From Campylobacterales bacterium (GTDB lineage: Bacteria > Campylobacterota > Campylobacteria > Campylobacterales > Hydrogenimonadaceae): a stretch of DNA of 64,000 nucleotides. Made by a program: the position numbers and the translations under genes. The notes below the pieces were generated by a model. It was not told the DNA's origin and did no database searches. It saw nothing but the letters and a program-made list of their open reading frames with translations. The stretch is from the NCBI GenBank assembly GCA_027081015.1, contig JALWMA010000147.1, forward strand, positions 8,000-71,999. Direction: 5' to 3'. Below are positions 39,394 to 51,114 of this stretch, in pieces. How positions within the stretch are numbered: the stretch's first letter is position 1; every line of letters begins with the position of its first letter.

Positions 39394-39506
39394 ACTGATG
39401 TTACGCAAATTCCGGGCAAAGCCCGCAATCTGGCAGGGCCTACAACCCCCTAAAGCTTCGAAATCCAAGATTTCGGGATGATTTTACGCACTCTGTGTAA
39501 AATCAG
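39394..39506 (+). repeat. Dispersed ~113-bp multi-hairpin repeat
   Basis: Near-identical to 61540-61662; hairpins CGGGC-AAA-GCCCG, TCGAAATC/GATTTCG, TGATTTTACGC-N5-GTGTAAAATCA. Confidence 0.85.
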
Positions 39507-39511
39507 TCACG

Positions 39512-40690
39512 TCAAAACGCACGCTTGAATTCAGGGTAGGCCTCCACGCCGCACTCGCTGACGTCGATCCCCTCCATCTGCTCATCGTCGCTCGCCCTGA
39601 AGCGGACCACCCTGTCTATCGCAAACAGTGTAATGTATGATACCACAAACGCGAAGACTCCGACCACCAGGACACCCTTGAGCTGTGCGACAAAAGAGAC
39701 ATCCCCGGCGAAAATTCCGACCGCAAGGGTTCCCCATACGCCGTTTACGAGGTGTACCGAGAGCGCACCGACCGGGTCGTCGAGCCTGAAACGGTCGAAG
39801 AGCGGCACGGCGAAAACCACCAGCGCACCGCCGATGACTCCTATGAGGATCGGCGTATATATATCGAACAGATCCGCTCCCGCGGTAATCGCCACAAGAC
39901 CTCCCAGGGCGCCGTTAAGGATCATCGTGATATCGAACTTCCTATACTGTACATAGACGATGGCCGCAGCCGCTATCGCACCCGCAAGTCCTGCCGTATT
40001 CGTATTCATGATCGTTAGCGCGACAAGATCGGCATTCTCTTTGGATGCGATGGTCCCTACCGATCCGCCGTTGAAACCGAACCACCCTATCCAGAGTATC
40101 ATCGCTCCGAGCGTGACGAGCGGAATGTTGGACGCCGGAATCACCTTCACCTTTCCATCCACATATCGCCCCTTGCGCGGTCCTATCACCAAAATCGCGG
40201 CCAGCAGGGCCCACGCACCGGTAGAGTGGATGACGGTAGATCCGGCCAGATCGTGCATCGCGCTTATATCCAGAAAAGTGCCTTCGAGCATATTCGCGCC
40301 CCAGGTCCAGTTGACGACGAGCGGGTAGATAACGGCCGCCATCAATACGGTAAAGATCATAAGGGGAATTATCCGCGTCCTCTCGCTCACACCGCCGCTC
40401 ATGATATTGACGGTCTTTCCGACAAACGCCATCTGAAACAGGAACGCCGCCCACTTGCTCACGCTGTCGTTCTCCCACGAACCGAAAGCGAGCTGGTACC
40501 CTACAAGCAGAAAGGCCATGGAGGCCACTGCGTATATCATCGTATTGACCGTCAATACGGCACTCACATTCTTCGTACGCACTATACCCGCCTCCAGCAT
40601 CGCAAAACCCGGCACCATAAATATGATCAGGGTCATAGCGAAGAGTAGAAAGAGGGTATCTACGATATATGAAAACTCTCCTACCGCCAT
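39512..40690 (-). CDS. amt: Ammonium transporter (Amt), second divergent copy without a signal peptide
   Basis: FQMAF, HDLAGSTVIHS, WIGWFGFNGGS and DDPVGALSVHL (twin-His retained). Confidence 0.93.
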   Translation of the reverse strand: MAVGEFSYIVDTLFLLFAMTLIIFMVPGFAMLEAGIVRTKNVSAVLTVNTMIYAVASMAFLLVGYQLAFGSWENDSVSKWAAFLFQMAFVGKTVNIMSGGVSERTRIIPLMIFTVLMAAVIYPLVVNWTWGANMLEGTFLDISAMHDLAGSTVIHSTGAWALLAAILVIGPRKGRYVDGKVKVIPASNIPLVTLGAMILWIGWFGFNGGSVGTIASKENADLVALTIMNTNTAGLAGAIAAAAIVYVQYRKFDITMILNGALGGLVAITAGADLFDIYTPILIGVIGGALVVFAVPLFDRFRLDDPVGALSVHLVNGVWGTLAVGIFAGDVSFVAQLKGVLVVGVFAFVVSYITLFAIDRVVRFRASDDEQMEGIDVSECGVEAYPEFKRAF

Positions 40691-40866
40691 AACGACTCCT
40701 TTTAGATGAACTATCCGAGCAAACGGTACTCACCGCACACTACAGTTTAAAGCGTCATTATAGAATGGAGGCCAAAGATTTCAAACAGATTGGTTGATTA
40801 TATTTTGTACAGTTTTTTGTCTATTGAAGTGATTTGGAGGTAATTTTGTGTTCAAATTTTAATCAA

Positions 40867-40895
40867 CACCCGGCCGCCGCTCAAGCGCCGGGGTG
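40867..40895 (-). terminator. Hairpin after PII copy 1
   Basis: CACCCGG...CCGGGGTG with inner CGC-TCAA-GCG. Confidence 0.5.
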
Positions 40896-40908
40896 CTGAA
40901 AATATCTA

Positions 40909-41259
<351 letters not shown>

Positions 41260-41318
41260 CTAAAGATTGTACGATATTTGCCGCCGGCAAAGAGCCGGCA
41301 TACTCTCTCTATTCCGAA

Positions 41319-42572
41319 TTAGAGATTGAGTGCGCGCTCGCCGTGAACGGATTCGTCAAGGCCCATGGTTTCTGTCTCTTCATCCACACGTCCGCCGCCT
41401 GTAACCGCAGCCGCTATGAAGTAGACTATAGCCGTGACGACGCCGCTGTATACGATGGTGAGACCAACCGCCATCAGCTGGCTTACAAGCTGGCTTCCGA
41501 GGCTGTAGTTTTCCGGCATCGCATAGTCAGCGATAAAGAGTGCGGTCGCGATGGAGCCCCAGATTCCCACAAGACCGTGTACCCAGAAGGCGTCCAGAGA
41601 GTCGTCGACCTTGAACATCTTCTTTATTTTGGAGACGGCCAGGAATCCGAGGAATCCGCCTACAAGACCGATGATGATCGCTCCGCCGACACCTGCCGTA
41701 CCGGAAGCGGGTGTAATCGCTACGAGACCGGCTACAGCACCCGAAGCACCGCCTACGAGAGTGGGCTTCTTGAAGATAAGCCACTCACCGAGAACCCAGC
41801 CTATGACACCGAGCGACGCCGCTACGTTGGTAACGAGGAATGCCGAAGCGGCGGTTCCGTCGGCCGCAACCTGAGAGCCGGCGTTGAAACCGAACCATCC
41901 GAACCAAAGAAGCATAGCACCCAGAACTACAAGGATCGGGGAGAAGGGCTTGATGGCCGCTTTCTCGTAATCTTTTCTGCGTCCCAGGATCATAGCTACG
42001 ACAAACCCGGCAACACCGGCGTTGATATGAACGACCGTACCGCCCGCGAAGTCGATCTCACCGAAGTTTAGTGTCTTTCCGCCGCCCCATGCCCAGTGTG
42101 TGATGGGGGCGTAGACGGCTACAACCCAAAGAGCCGCGAAGACTACGAATGTGGAAAACTTGACCCTCTCGATCATCGAACCGCTGGCGATCGCTACGGT
42201 GATCGCCGCGAATGTTCCCTGGAAAGCGACGAAAAGCAGTTCGGGAATCGACCCGTTTACGCTGTCGGAGCCGATACCCGAAAGCATCACTTTACCGGTA
42301 CCTATAAGGTCGCCTTCGCCGAAAGCGAGGGAGTAGCCTATAATAACCCATACGAGTGTTCCAACCGCGTATGCCGCAAGGCTCATTCCCATCGTGTTTA
42401 GTACGTTTTTGCTGCGTGTCAGACCGCCGTAAAAGAGCGCTAGGCCCGCAGGTGTCATCAGCATTACGAATGCGGTCGCGACCAGCATCCAGGCCGTATC
42501 GCCGCTGTTTATCGTCCCTTCCGCGAATGCCGTCGCCGGAAGCAGTGAGAGTGCGAGTAGCCACTTCTTCAT
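41319..42572 (-). CDS. amtB: Ammonium transporter AmtB
   Basis: Signal peptide; GDTAWML, DFAGGTVVHINAG, WFGWFGFNAGS and DDSLDAFWVHG motifs. Confidence 0.96.
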   Translation of the reverse strand: MKKWLLALSLLPATAFAEGTINSGDTAWMLVATAFVMLMTPAGLALFYGGLTRSKNVLNTMGMSLAAYAVGTLVWVIIGYSLAFGEGDLIGTGKVMLSGIGSDSVNGSIPELLFVAFQGTFAAITVAIASGSMIERVKFSTFVVFAALWVVAVYAPITHWAWGGGKTLNFGEIDFAGGTVVHINAGVAGFVVAMILGRRKDYEKAAIKPFSPILVVLGAMLLWFGWFGFNAGSQVAADGTAASAFLVTNVAASLGVIGWVLGEWLIFKKPTLVGGASGAVAGLVAITPASGTAGVGGAIIIGLVGGFLGFLAVSKIKKMFKVDDSLDAFWVHGLVGIWGSIATALFIADYAMPENYSLGSQLVSQLMAVGLTIVYSGVVTAIVYFIAAAVTGGGRVDEETETMGLDESVHGERALNL

Positions 42573-42610
42573 GAGATCTCCTTTGGTAAATTTATACGCA
42601 AAGTATACAA

Positions 42611-42658
42611 ATTATATCTACCCGAAGATAGATCTTTTATGCTTAAAAAATAGGCATA
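42611..42658 (-). promoter_or_regulatory. amtB promoter: TATAAT plus an upstream 8-5-8 inverted repeat
   Basis: TATAAT on the minus strand at 42616-42611; TATGCTTA-AAAAA-TAGGCATA at 42638-42658. Confidence 0.5.
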
Positions 42659-42783
42659 CAAATTTATCGTGCCCGGCAGGCCGCACCCGTTTGCATACAT
42701 ATATATAAAGAGCGTTGCGTTATGAAAATTAAGCTACTTTGAGATAGAATCTATCTTAAATTTTTCAAAGCAAAAGGTTTTGA

Positions 42784-45270
42784 ATGTCCGATCTGTTCAA
42801 GGAAAACGAAGATATTCAGGAGATCTCGATAGAAGATAGCATCAAGGGAAGCTATCTCGACTACTCGATGAGCGTAATAATCGGGCGTGCACTCCCCGAT
42901 GCCAGAGACGGCCTGAAGCCGGTACACCGGCGAATACTCTATGCGATGCACGAGCTTGGGGTCACTTCGAGGGCCGCATACAAAAAGAGTGCCCGTATCG
43001 TAGGTGACGTCATAGGTAAGTACCACCCGCACGGCGACACCGCCGTCTACGACGCGCTCGTGAGGATGGCGCAGGAGTTCTCTATGCGCATCCCGCTCGT
43101 AGACGGACAGGGAAACTTCGGCTCCATAGACGGCGACAACCCGGCGGCAATGCGTTATACCGAAGCGCGTATGACACGCCTGGCCGAAGAGCTCCTAAGA
43201 GACATAGAAAAAGATACGGTCGACTTCATCCCCAACTACGACGACACGATGCAGGAGCCCGACGTACTGCCGAGCCGCGTACCGAACCTGCTACTCAACG
43301 GCTCCAACGGTATCGCGGTGGGAATGGCGACCAACATCCCGCCCCACCGCCTCGACGAGCTCATAGACGCGCTGCTTGTGATGATAGACGACCCATCCGC
43401 CGAACTCGACGACCTCATGGAGCATATTAAGGGTCCCGATTTCCCGACCGGCGGCATAATCTTCGGCCGCAAGGGGATACTCGATGCGTACAGGACCGGA
43501 CGCGGACGCATCAAGGTGCGGGCTAAGACCCACATAGAGAAGAAGGGGCACCGCGAAGTGATCGTCATAGACGAACTGCCCTACCAGGTCAACAAGAGCA
43601 AACTGATAGAGAACATAGCCCAGCTGGCGAAAGAGAAGACGATAGAGGGTATCAGCGAAGTGAGGGACGAGAGCGACCGCGAAGGTATCCGCGTGGTGAT
43701 CGAGCTCAAAAAAGATACGATGAGCGAAATTGTGCTCAACAACCTCTTCAAATCGACCCAGATGCAGACCACATTCGGCATAATCCTGCTCGCCATCCAG
43801 AACAAGGAGCCGAAGGTCTTCACCCTTATCGAACTTCTCAATCTCTTCATCCAGCACAGAAAGACCATAATCATACGCCGCACCATATTCGAACTCGAAA
43901 AGGCGAAGGCGAGGGCACACATTCTCGAAGGTCTGCGCATAGCGCTCGACAATATAGACGAGATAGTGGCGCTGATCCGCGCATCGAAAGATGCGGCAGA
44001 AGCGAGAGAGGGGCTCATGGAGCGCTTCGACCTGAGCGAAAAGCAGGCGCAGGCGATTCTCGATATGCGTCTGCACCGCCTCACGGGTCTCGAGCGCGAC
44101 AAGATCGAAAAGGAGTACAGGGAGCTGATGGCCGAAATCGAACGCCTCAGCAGCATCCTCAAGAGCGAGGATCTTCTGAACCAGATCATCAAAGAGGAGC
44201 TCCTCGAGATAAAAGAGGGATTCTCCACACCGCGCCTGACCGAGATAGTGGACGACTACGAAGATATAGACATAGAAGACCTGATACCCAACGAACCGAT
44301 GGTCGTGACGATCACCCACAGAGGCTATATAAAGCGCGTACCGGTCAAGCAGTACGAGAAGCAGCACCGCGGAGGAAAGGGAAAAACCGCCGTCACGACA
44401 CACGATGACGACTTCATAGAGAACTTCTTCGTCTCCAACACCCACGATACGCTGATGTTCGTAACCGACCGCGGGCAGCTCTACTGGCTCAAGGTCTACA
44501 AGATCCCAGAAGGATCGAGGACGGCCAAAGGGAAGGCGGTGGTAAACCTGATCCAGCTTCAGCCCGGCGAGAATATCATGGCGATCATACCGACCACCGA
44601 CTTCGACGAGAGCAAGTCGCTCGCATTCTTCACAAAAAACGGTATAGTCAAGCGCACCAACCTGAGCGAGTTCAAAAACATCCGCTCCGTCGGCGTCCGA
44701 GCCATAACGCTCGACGAGGAGGACGACCTCGTAACGGCCAAAATCGTTCTGCCCGAGACACAGTGGCTCTTCGTTCTTACCAAAAAGGGCATGTGCATAC
44801 GCTTCCCGGTCACCGATGCCAGAGAGATCGGCCGTACCGCGCGCGGCGTGACGGCCATCCGCTTCAAGATAGAGGGCGACCATGTGGTAGGGGCGACGAC
44901 CATAAGCAGCGAGGAGCAGGAGCTGCTCACCGTCTCGGAAAAGGGCATCGGCAAACGCACCGAAGCGGGAGAGTACAGGCTCCAGAGCCGCGGCGGCAAG
45001 GGTGTACTGGCGATGAAGCTCACGCCCAAAACGGGTGACGCCGTAGGGGTCGTCATAGTGGACGAAGACAAAGATCTGATGCTTCTGACCCAGTCCGGCA
45101 AGATGATCCGCGTGGATATGCAGAGCATAAGAAAAGCGGGGAGAAACACAAGCGGCGTGAAGATAGTGCGGCTCGAGAGCGGAGACAGGGTAAACTCCAT
45201 AGCAAGCTGCCCCAAAGAGGAGGCCGAAGAGGAGATTCTGGAGAAGAGAGAGGGTGAAGAGCAGGAGTAG
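42784..45270 (+). CDS. gyrA: DNA gyrase subunit A
   Basis: [29 protein letters not shown] (catalytic Tyr), GyrA box QHRGGKG, six-bladed CTD. Confidence 0.99.
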   Translation: MSDLFKENEDIQEISIEDSIKGSYLDYSMSVIIGRALPDARDGLKPVHRRILYAMHELGVTSRAAYKKSARIVGDVIGKYHPHGDTAVYDALVRMAQEFSMRIPLVDGQGNFGSIDGDNPAAMRYTEARMTRLAEELLRDIEKDTVDFIPNYDDTMQEPDVLPSRVPNLLLNGSNGIAVGMATNIPPHRLDELIDALLVMIDDPSAELDDLMEHIKGPDFPTGGIIFGRKGILDAYRTGRGRIKVRAKTHIEKKGHREVIVIDELPYQVNKSKLIENIAQLAKEKTIEGISEVRDESDREGIRVVIELKKDTMSEIVLNNLFKSTQMQTTFGIILLAIQNKEPKVFTLIELLNLFIQHRKTIIIRRTIFELEKAKARAHILEGLRIALDNIDEIVALIRASKDAAEAREGLMERFDLSEKQAQAILDMRLHRLTGLERDKIEKEYRELMAEIERLSSILKSEDLLNQIIKEELLEIKEGFSTPRLTEIVDDYEDIDIEDLIPNEPMVVTITHRGYIKRVPVKQYEKQHRGGKGKTAVTTHDDDFIENFFVSNTHDTLMFVTDRGQLYWLKVYKIPEGSRTAKGKAVVNLIQLQPGENIMAIIPTTDFDESKSLAFFTKNGIVKRTNLSEFKNIRSVGVRAITLDEEDDLVTAKIVLPETQWLFVLTKKGMCIRFPVTDAREIGRTARGVTAIRFKIEGDHVVGATTISSEEQELLTVSEKGIGKRTEAGEYRLQSRGGKGVLAMKLTPKTGDAVGVVIVDEDKDLMLLTQSGKMIRVDMQSIRKAGRNTSGVKIVRLESGDRVNSIASCPKEEAEEEILEKREGEEQE

Positions 45271-45325
45271 ATCGAAATAGGAACGGTTTTTGCTGGTGAC
45301 GAAATAAAACCTTAGGAGTTCTCTT

Positions 45326-45868
45326 ATGAAAAAGTGGTCACTGCTTGCCTTGACGCTCGTATCTACTGCCCTGATGGCCGAAACCTGCCCCACACCGCAA
45401 GTGGAGAAGTGTCAAGATTCCGAAAACGGCGGCGCCGTAAAAGAGCGGACGATCGTAACCCCCAAAGCCGCTATAGGCAAAGTCGAACCGATTCAGGCGA
45501 CAGAGCCCGCAAAGGCCGGATGCGATACCTGCACCCTCTCGCAAAACAACACGATACACTTTCAGGTAGTCGGCCAGGGAGTCGCACCTGTAAACACCGT
45601 ATCGCCCGCACAGGCGATGGCGCTGGCCAAACGTGCCGCCATAGCCGACGCCTACCGACAGCTCGGAGAGAAGATCTGCGGCGTCAGGGTCGAAGGGCGC
45701 GATCTCATAAGAAACATGATGATAAGCCGCTCCACGGTACGCACACAGATCGATGCGATGATCAAAAACGCAAAAATCCTCGATACGAAGTTCAAAGACG
45801 GTCTGTGCGAGGTGGAGATGGAAGTGACACTGAACGGAAAAGAGTGGTACGCCCGGCTCTCACGCTGA
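45326..45868 (+). CDS. flgP: LPP20-domain motility protein FlgP
   Basis: GQGVAP...QAMALAKRAAIADAYRQLGEKI.GV.V; position after gyrA as in Campylobacter. Confidence 0.8.
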   Translation: MKKWSLLALTLVSTALMAETCPTPQVEKCQDSENGGAVKERTIVTPKAAIGKVEPIQATEPAKAGCDTCTLSQNNTIHFQVVGQGVAPVNTVSPAQAMALAKRAAIADAYRQLGEKICGVRVEGRDLIRNMMISRSTVRTQIDAMIKNAKILDTKFKDGLCEVEMEVTLNGKEWYARLSR

Positions 45869-46245
45869 CGCTGCTTCTGGCCGCAGCCGTTTCGGCCGAC
45901 GAATACTACATATACTACTCACTCACAAGCAGGGACCTGATCGCCGTAGAGGAGTCTTTGAAGATAAGCAGGGCGATGACTCCCCTGCGCGGCGCCGCTG
46001 AGCCGCTCTGCAGCTTCGAAACCGACGAAGAGAGCTTCACCTCTTTTGCCGCGAAAAACCGCATGAAGCTGGCCGAGTGCCTGCTTGAAAACTCCGCCTC
46101 CATACGCTCCTACTCCCTCTTCTCCTCGATGACCTCCCAAAAAAAGATAGACATCCTCACGACACCGGTTCTGCCTGTACAAGTCGAATTTAATGATGGT
46201 TTGGTTACCATAAAAAAAATCCAGCAGACGGACAGCAATAGATGA
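45844..46245 (+). CDS. flgQ: FlgQ-like secreted protein
   Basis: In-frame GTG at 45844 gives a signal peptide (PALTLTLLLAAAVSA-DEYY); synteny between flgP and flgR. Confidence 0.55.
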   Translation: MVRPALTLTLLLAAAVSADEYYIYYSLTSRDLIAVEESLKISRAMTPLRGAAEPLCSFETDEESFTSFAAKNRMKLAECLLENSASIRSYSLFSSMTSQKKIDILTTPVLPVQVEFNDGLVTIKKIQQTDSNR

Positions 46246-47387
46246 AAATCGCGATCGTCGAAGACGATATAAACATGCGCAAATCGCTTGAAATCGCTCT
46301 TTCGGACTACGACGAATTCGAAGTGAAAACCTTCAGAAACGCCAAAGAGGCCCTGAAAAAGCTCGACGACAGCTTCGAGCTCGTAATCTCTGACATCACG
46401 ATGCCCGGAATGAACGGCATCGAGTTCGTAGAGGAGCTGCAGGGGCGCTACGAAGTCATCATCATAACAGGAAACGCGACCCTCGGCCGCGCCATAGAGT
46501 CCATAAGGCTCGGGGTGAGCGACTTTCTCACCAAGCCCTTCGAGGTGGAGACGCTCGTAGAGGCGATACGCCGAAGCAAAAAGGCGAAAAACCGCGTAAA
46601 GAGTGTAAAAAGTCCCGACACGAAAGAGAGAGACTCGCTCTTTTACGGCACCTCGGCAGCGCTCGAAAAGAGCCTCTCCCTCGCCAAAAAGGCGGCAAAG
46701 AGCGACGCGGCCGTTTTGCTGCTGGGCGAAAGCGGCGTAGGCAAGGAGCTCTTCGCGCGCACCATTCACGAAAACTCCGCCAGAAGAGGCGGACCGTTCG
46801 TGGCCGTAAACATGGCGGCGATTCCCGAGAACCTGATAGAGAGCGAACTCTTCGGTTTCGAAAAGGGGGCGTTTACCGACGCCGTAGAGGCGAAGATGGG
46901 AAAGTTCGAGGCTGCAAACGGCGGGACGATCTTTCTGGACGAGATCGCCGAGATGCCCTACCACCTGCAGGCCAAACTTCTTCGAGTGCTGCAAGAACGC
47001 GTCATCCACAGGCTCGGCTCCACCTCCGGCATAAAGATAGATGTCCGCATAGTCGCCGCGACCAACGCCGACATAAAAACGAAGATGCGGAACCAGGAGT
47101 TCAGAGAAGATCTCTACTACCGCATAGCGACCATTCCCGTCCTGATACCGCCCCTTAGAGAGCGGGGCGAAGAGATCATACCCATAGCCGAAAGAACGCT
47201 CGAAGATGTCGTAGCGAGGTACGGCCTCGGCCCGAAAGAGTTTTCGAAAGAGGCGAAAGAGATGCTCACCTCGTATCACTGGCCCGGAAACATACGCGAA
47301 CTCATAGCGGTGGTGGAGCGTGCCGCGATTCTCAGCGACGATGTAGCGATAAGCTGCGACGACCTCTTCCTCGACGCCCGTTTTTAG
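46242..47387 (+). CDS. flgR: sigma54-dependent response regulator FlgR (no C-terminal HTH)
   Basis: Receiver domain plus AAA+ (GESGVGKE, ESELFG, GAFTDA, FLDEI, REDLYYR, WPGNIREL); ends at 381 aa. Confidence 0.88.
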   Translation: MKIAIVEDDINMRKSLEIALSDYDEFEVKTFRNAKEALKKLDDSFELVISDITMPGMNGIEFVEELQGRYEVIIITGNATLGRAIESIRLGVSDFLTKPFEVETLVEAIRRSKKAKNRVKSVKSPDTKERDSLFYGTSAALEKSLSLAKKAAKSDAAVLLLGESGVGKELFARTIHENSARRGGPFVAVNMAAIPENLIESELFGFEKGAFTDAVEAKMGKFEAANGGTIFLDEIAEMPYHLQAKLLRVLQERVIHRLGSTSGIKIDVRIVAATNADIKTKMRNQEFREDLYYRIATIPVLIPPLRERGEEIIPIAERTLEDVVARYGLGPKEFSKEAKEMLTSYHWPGNIRELIAVVERAAILSDDVAISCDDLFLDARF

Positions 47388-47467
47388 CCGCGCCTACGGA
47401 GGGTTTATATAATATTTTCTATATTTTCGATATAATCTCGCAACTTTTCTCAGCAAGGTAGAGACAG

Positions 47468-48496
47468 ATGCGCAAATACAACGTTGCCGTAGTGGGCGCC
47501 ACGGGCGCCGTAGGCGAAGAGATGCTCCGCGTCATGGAGGAGGTCGATTTTCCGGTCGCGAAGCTCGTTCCGCTCGCAAGCGCGAGAAGTGCGGGAGGTA
47601 CGGTCGCCTACAAAGAAGAGGATGTCGTCGTCAAAGAGCTGACCGAAACGGTCTTCGACGAAGAGGAGATAGATATAGCGCTCTTTAGCGCAGGCGGTTC
47701 AGTATCTGCAAAGTTCGCACCCTTCGCGGTAGAGGCCGGAGCGGTGGTCATAGACAACACCAGCCACTTCAGAATGGACCCCGAAGTTCCGCTGGTGGTG
47801 CCGGAGGTGAATCCGCAAGATATCGCCAGGTGGCGTGAAAGGGGGATCATAGCCAACCCCAACTGCTCCACTATCCAGATGGTGCAGGCTCTCAAGCCGC
47901 TGCAGGATGCCTACGGCATAGAGCGCATAGATGTCAGCACCTACCAGGCCACTTCCGGTGCCGGCAAGAGCGCCATGGACGAACTGGTTCGCCAGATGCA
48001 GGAGTTTTTCGCCTTCAAGCTCGACGAGAGCGAGCACAAGAAGTTCCCCCACCAGATAGCCCTCAACGTGATTCCGCAGATAGACGTCTTTATGGATAAC
48101 GGCTTCACGAAAGAGGAGATGAAGATGGTCAACGAGACCAACAAAATCATGCACGACTCCATCGAAGTGGCCGCCACATGCGTGCGGGTGCCCACGCTTC
48201 GCGGCCATGCCGAAAGCGTTACGGTAACCTGCAAAAGGGATCTCGATGCCGACGCCGCACGCGAAACCATAGCAAAAGGCGAAAACATCGTCATTCTCGA
48301 CGACCCCGCAAAGAGCGTCTACCCGATGCCCACACACTGCGTGGAGAAGAACGAGACCTTCGTCGGAAGGATTCGCCGCGACATCTACCGCCCCAATGTC
48401 CTGCATATGTTCGTCGTAGCCGACAACCTACGGGTAGGAGCGGCCACCAACGCCGTACGGATAGCCCAAAAATGGATAGAGATGGAGACACTATGA
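47468..48496 (+). CDS. asd: Aspartate-semialdehyde dehydrogenase
   Basis: VVGATGAVG, ANPNCSTIQ, TCVRVP and DNLRVGAATNA motifs. Confidence 0.98.
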   Translation: MRKYNVAVVGATGAVGEEMLRVMEEVDFPVAKLVPLASARSAGGTVAYKEEDVVVKELTETVFDEEEIDIALFSAGGSVSAKFAPFAVEAGAVVIDNTSHFRMDPEVPLVVPEVNPQDIARWRERGIIANPNCSTIQMVQALKPLQDAYGIERIDVSTYQATSGAGKSAMDELVRQMQEFFAFKLDESEHKKFPHQIALNVIPQIDVFMDNGFTKEEMKMVNETNKIMHDSIEVAATCVRVPTLRGHAESVTVTCKRDLDADAARETIAKGENIVILDDPAKSVYPMPTHCVEKNETFVGRIRRDIYRPNVLHMFVVADNLRVGAATNAVRIAQKWIEMETL

Positions 48497-49008
48497 AACT
48501 ACTGGAAAAGATCTTCGAGCATACGCTCTGGAACGGACGCCTCTTTGTCCTGCTGGCCGTAATCTTCAGCCTTATCGCTTCGATCATCCTCTTTGTTGTC
48601 GCGAGCGTCGATATATGGGAGATCGCCGTAAAGACGGTCAAGATGTACGTTGCGCAGGAGCACCCGCCCTACTTTCACGAAAAGCTGGTGGGCGTAATTA
48701 TAGGTGCCGTGGACCTCTACCTCATCGCCATAGTTATGCTGATCTTCAGCTTCGGTGTATACGAGCTCTTCATATCGGAGATAGACCCGGCCAAGCAGTC
48801 GGGCGCTTCGAAGATTCTCGAGATCCACTCGCTCGACCAGCTCAAAGACAAGCTGGCGAAAGTGATCCTGATGGTGCTCATAGTCACCTTCTTCAAAAAG
48901 GCGATGTATATCACATACGAAACACCCCAGGATATGCTCTTTTTCGCTATCGCGATCATGGCTCTCGGAGGGGCACTATATCTCTTACATAAAGGCAGTG
49001 GAAAATGA
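48493..49008 (+). CDS. YqhA/UPF0114 family membrane protein
   Basis: ATG at 48493 overlaps the asd stop; VDLYLIA...FGVYELFIS...SLDQLKDKL motif. Confidence 0.88.
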   Translation: MKLLEKIFEHTLWNGRLFVLLAVIFSLIASIILFVVASVDIWEIAVKTVKMYVAQEHPPYFHEKLVGVIIGAVDLYLIAIVMLIFSFGVYELFISEIDPAKQSGASKILEIHSLDQLKDKLAKVILMVLIVTFFKKAMYITYETPQDMLFFAIAIMALGGALYLLHKGSGK

Positions 49009-50027
49009 TATTCGTAGATGCATGTTTTAACAGACCGACCCCCTATACACCCGTTTGGATGATGCGCCAGGCAGGAAGATACCTTCCCGAATATATGGCG
49101 GTACGCGAAGAGGCCGGAGACTTCCTGAATCTCTGTAAAGACCCCGAAAAAGCTGCGGAGGTGACACTCCAGCCTGTAGACATCATAGGTGTGGATGCGG
49201 CGATACTCTTTAGCGACATTCTCGTAGTACCTCTCGAGATGGGGATGGATCTGAAGTTCGAAAAGGGTGAAGGGCCGGTATTTTCAGACCCCATACGAAC
49301 CAAAGATGACCTAAAGCGCCTCCGGCCGAACGCGCACGAGAGGCTCACATACGTCTACGACGCCATCAAGATCATACGCGAGCGGCTCGCCGACGACAAA
49401 GCGCTCATAGGCTTCACGGGCGCACCCTGGACACTCATAACATACATGATCGAAGGGCGCGGCACCAAGACCTACAACATAGTCAAAAAGCTCATCTACA
49501 CGGAGCCCGAACTCGTACACGCACTCCTTCGTGAAGTTACCGAGGTCGTCAAACTATACCTCGAAAAGCAGATAGAAGCCGGAGTCGACGTCGTACAGAT
49601 TTTCGACAGCTGGGCGGCGGCGCTCGAAAAGAGCAAATACTTCGAATTCAGCTGGAACTACATGAAAGAGGTGGCAAGCTACATCAAGGGCAAATACCCC
49701 AACATCCCGATCATCATGTTCCCCAAAGGGATAGGCGCCTACCTCGACGATATAGACGGAGAGTTCGACGTCTTCGGCGTAGACTGGGGCACGCCGATGG
49801 CGCTTGCAAAAGAGAAACTGGGAGACAGGTACGTCCTGCAGGGCAACATGGAGCCGTGCCGCCTCTACTCCAAAGAGGCGACCAGAGAGTGCGTGGAGTC
49901 TATCTACAATACCATGCAAAACAGGGGCCACATCTTCAACCTCGGCCACGGAATCCTCCCCGACGTTCCGGTGGAGAACGCCAAATACTTCGTAGACCTC
50001 GTACACGAGATAACGAAAGAGAAGTGA
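49005..50027 (+). CDS. hemE: Uroporphyrinogen decarboxylase
   Basis: [31 protein letters not shown] and [10 protein letters not shown] motifs. Confidence 0.98.
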   Translation: MIFVDACFNRPTPYTPVWMMRQAGRYLPEYMAVREEAGDFLNLCKDPEKAAEVTLQPVDIIGVDAAILFSDILVVPLEMGMDLKFEKGEGPVFSDPIRTKDDLKRLRPNAHERLTYVYDAIKIIRERLADDKALIGFTGAPWTLITYMIEGRGTKTYNIVKKLIYTEPELVHALLREVTEVVKLYLEKQIEAGVDVVQIFDSWAAALEKSKYFEFSWNYMKEVASYIKGKYPNIPIIMFPKGIGAYLDDIDGEFDVFGVDWGTPMALAKEKLGDRYVLQGNMEPCRLYSKEATRECVESIYNTMQNRGHIFNLGHGILPDVPVENAKYFVDLVHEITKEK

Positions 50028-50977
50028 CACCCTCCAAATATAGGACCATCTTCGGTCCTATCCCCTCCAGACGGTTCGGCATCTCGCTGGGAATTGACCT
50101 GAGCCCCGGTACGAAACAGTGCAACTACGACTGCCTATACTGCGAACTGGCCGCCGCGAAACCGGTGGAAGCCATTCAGAACCCGCCGAGTGTAGAGCTT
50201 GTCGTAGATGAGCTCAAAAGTGCCCTCAAAGAGCACCCCGACATCGAAGTCATAACGATCACCGCAAACGGCGAACCGACCCTATACCCGTTTTTGGACG
50301 AGCTCATAGATCGCATAAACCAGATCAAAAACGGCTACAAAACCCTGATACTCACAAACGCCTCGACAATATGGCTGCCGCAGATCCAAAACTCCCTCGC
50401 CAAACTCGACATCGTAAAACTCTCGCTCGACTGCGCCACGAAAGAGTGCTTCAAAAAACTGGACAGACCGCTGGAAGGGACGGAGCTCGAAAATATTATA
50501 GAGGGCATAAAGAGCTTCAGAAAAAGATTCAAAGGCTCCATGATAATAGAGATTCTGATGGTCCCCTCTATCAACACCTCAAAAAGAGAGATAGAGGCGC
50601 TAAACAGAACGCTTCTCGATCTTGGGGCAGACCGCATAGACATAGGCACAGTAGACAGACCGCCCGCATACCCCATAGAGCCTCTGAGCTTCAAAGAGCT
50701 CTACGAAATCGCAAAAGAGTTCGACCCCTCCCTTCCCATCCACATAACGGGCCGCCACAGGGCCAAAGAGGCCAAAAGCTCCTTCAGCGACGAAGAGATA
50801 CTCTCGACCCTGCTCAAACGCCCCCTGACGCAAGCGGACATTGAGGCCCTCTTCGACGAAGAGAGCCGAAAGCGCTTCGAAGCGCTGCTGCAAAAAGGGA
50901 AGATAGAGACAAAAAAGCTCGGCGGCCTGCTCTTTTACGGCACCGGCTTTTCGAAACAGAAGCGAAAATCCTCTTGA
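50024..50977 (+). CDS. Radical SAM protein (TYW1-like bacterial family, function unknown)
   Basis: GTG at 50024 overlaps the hemE stop; [25 protein letters not shown] and ANGEPTLY motifs. Confidence 0.88.
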   Translation: MTPSKYRTIFGPIPSRRFGISLGIDLSPGTKQCNYDCLYCELAAAKPVEAIQNPPSVELVVDELKSALKEHPDIEVITITANGEPTLYPFLDELIDRINQIKNGYKTLILTNASTIWLPQIQNSLAKLDIVKLSLDCATKECFKKLDRPLEGTELENIIEGIKSFRKRFKGSMIIEILMVPSINTSKREIEALNRTLLDLGADRIDIGTVDRPPAYPIEPLSFKELYEIAKEFDPSLPIHITGRHRAKEAKSSFSDEEILSTLLKRPLTQADIEALFDEESRKRFEALLQKGKIETKKLGGLLFYGTGFSKQKRKSS

Positions 50978-51002
50978 CAAACAGAGCCTTTTAGACTATA
51001 AT
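50974..51002 (+). promoter_or_regulatory. Consensus sigma70 promoter of tRNA-Asn
   Basis: TTGACA-17 bp-TATAAT followed by a GC-rich discriminator. Confidence 0.9.
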
Positions 51003-51039
51003 TTCCGCCGTGATTGACCCAATCACAACCCTCAAGTGT

Positions 51040-51114
51040 TCCGGATTAGCTCAGCGGTAGAGTAGGTGGCTGTTAACCACTTGGTCGCTGGTTCGAATCC
51101 AGCATCCGGAGCCA
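51040..51114 (+). tRNA. tRNA-Asn (GTT)
   Basis: Acceptor TCCGGAT/ATCCGGA, anticodon arm GTGG-CTGTTAA-CCAC, T arm GCTGG-TTCGAAT-CCAGC, G73, CCA. Confidence 0.97.

Noticed and set aside
42656-42700. sigma54 promoter for amtB (GGCACG on the minus strand), or a degenerate copy of the dispersed repeat
   Set aside because: The GG-N10-GC spacing is not met, and similarity to the repeat is too fragmentary.
43291-45393. 700-aa antisense ORF (and similar long shadow ORFs at 17199-18989, 59432-61498, 9746-10831)
   Set aside because: They lie exactly opposite well-supported genes (gyrA, nosFH, P-type ATPase, dapE), show no motifs, and are expected from codon bias at this GC.
45334-45843. 5' part of the 303-aa ORF 45334-46245
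   Set aside because: It overlaps flgP out of frame; only the part from GTG 45844 looks like a real gene.
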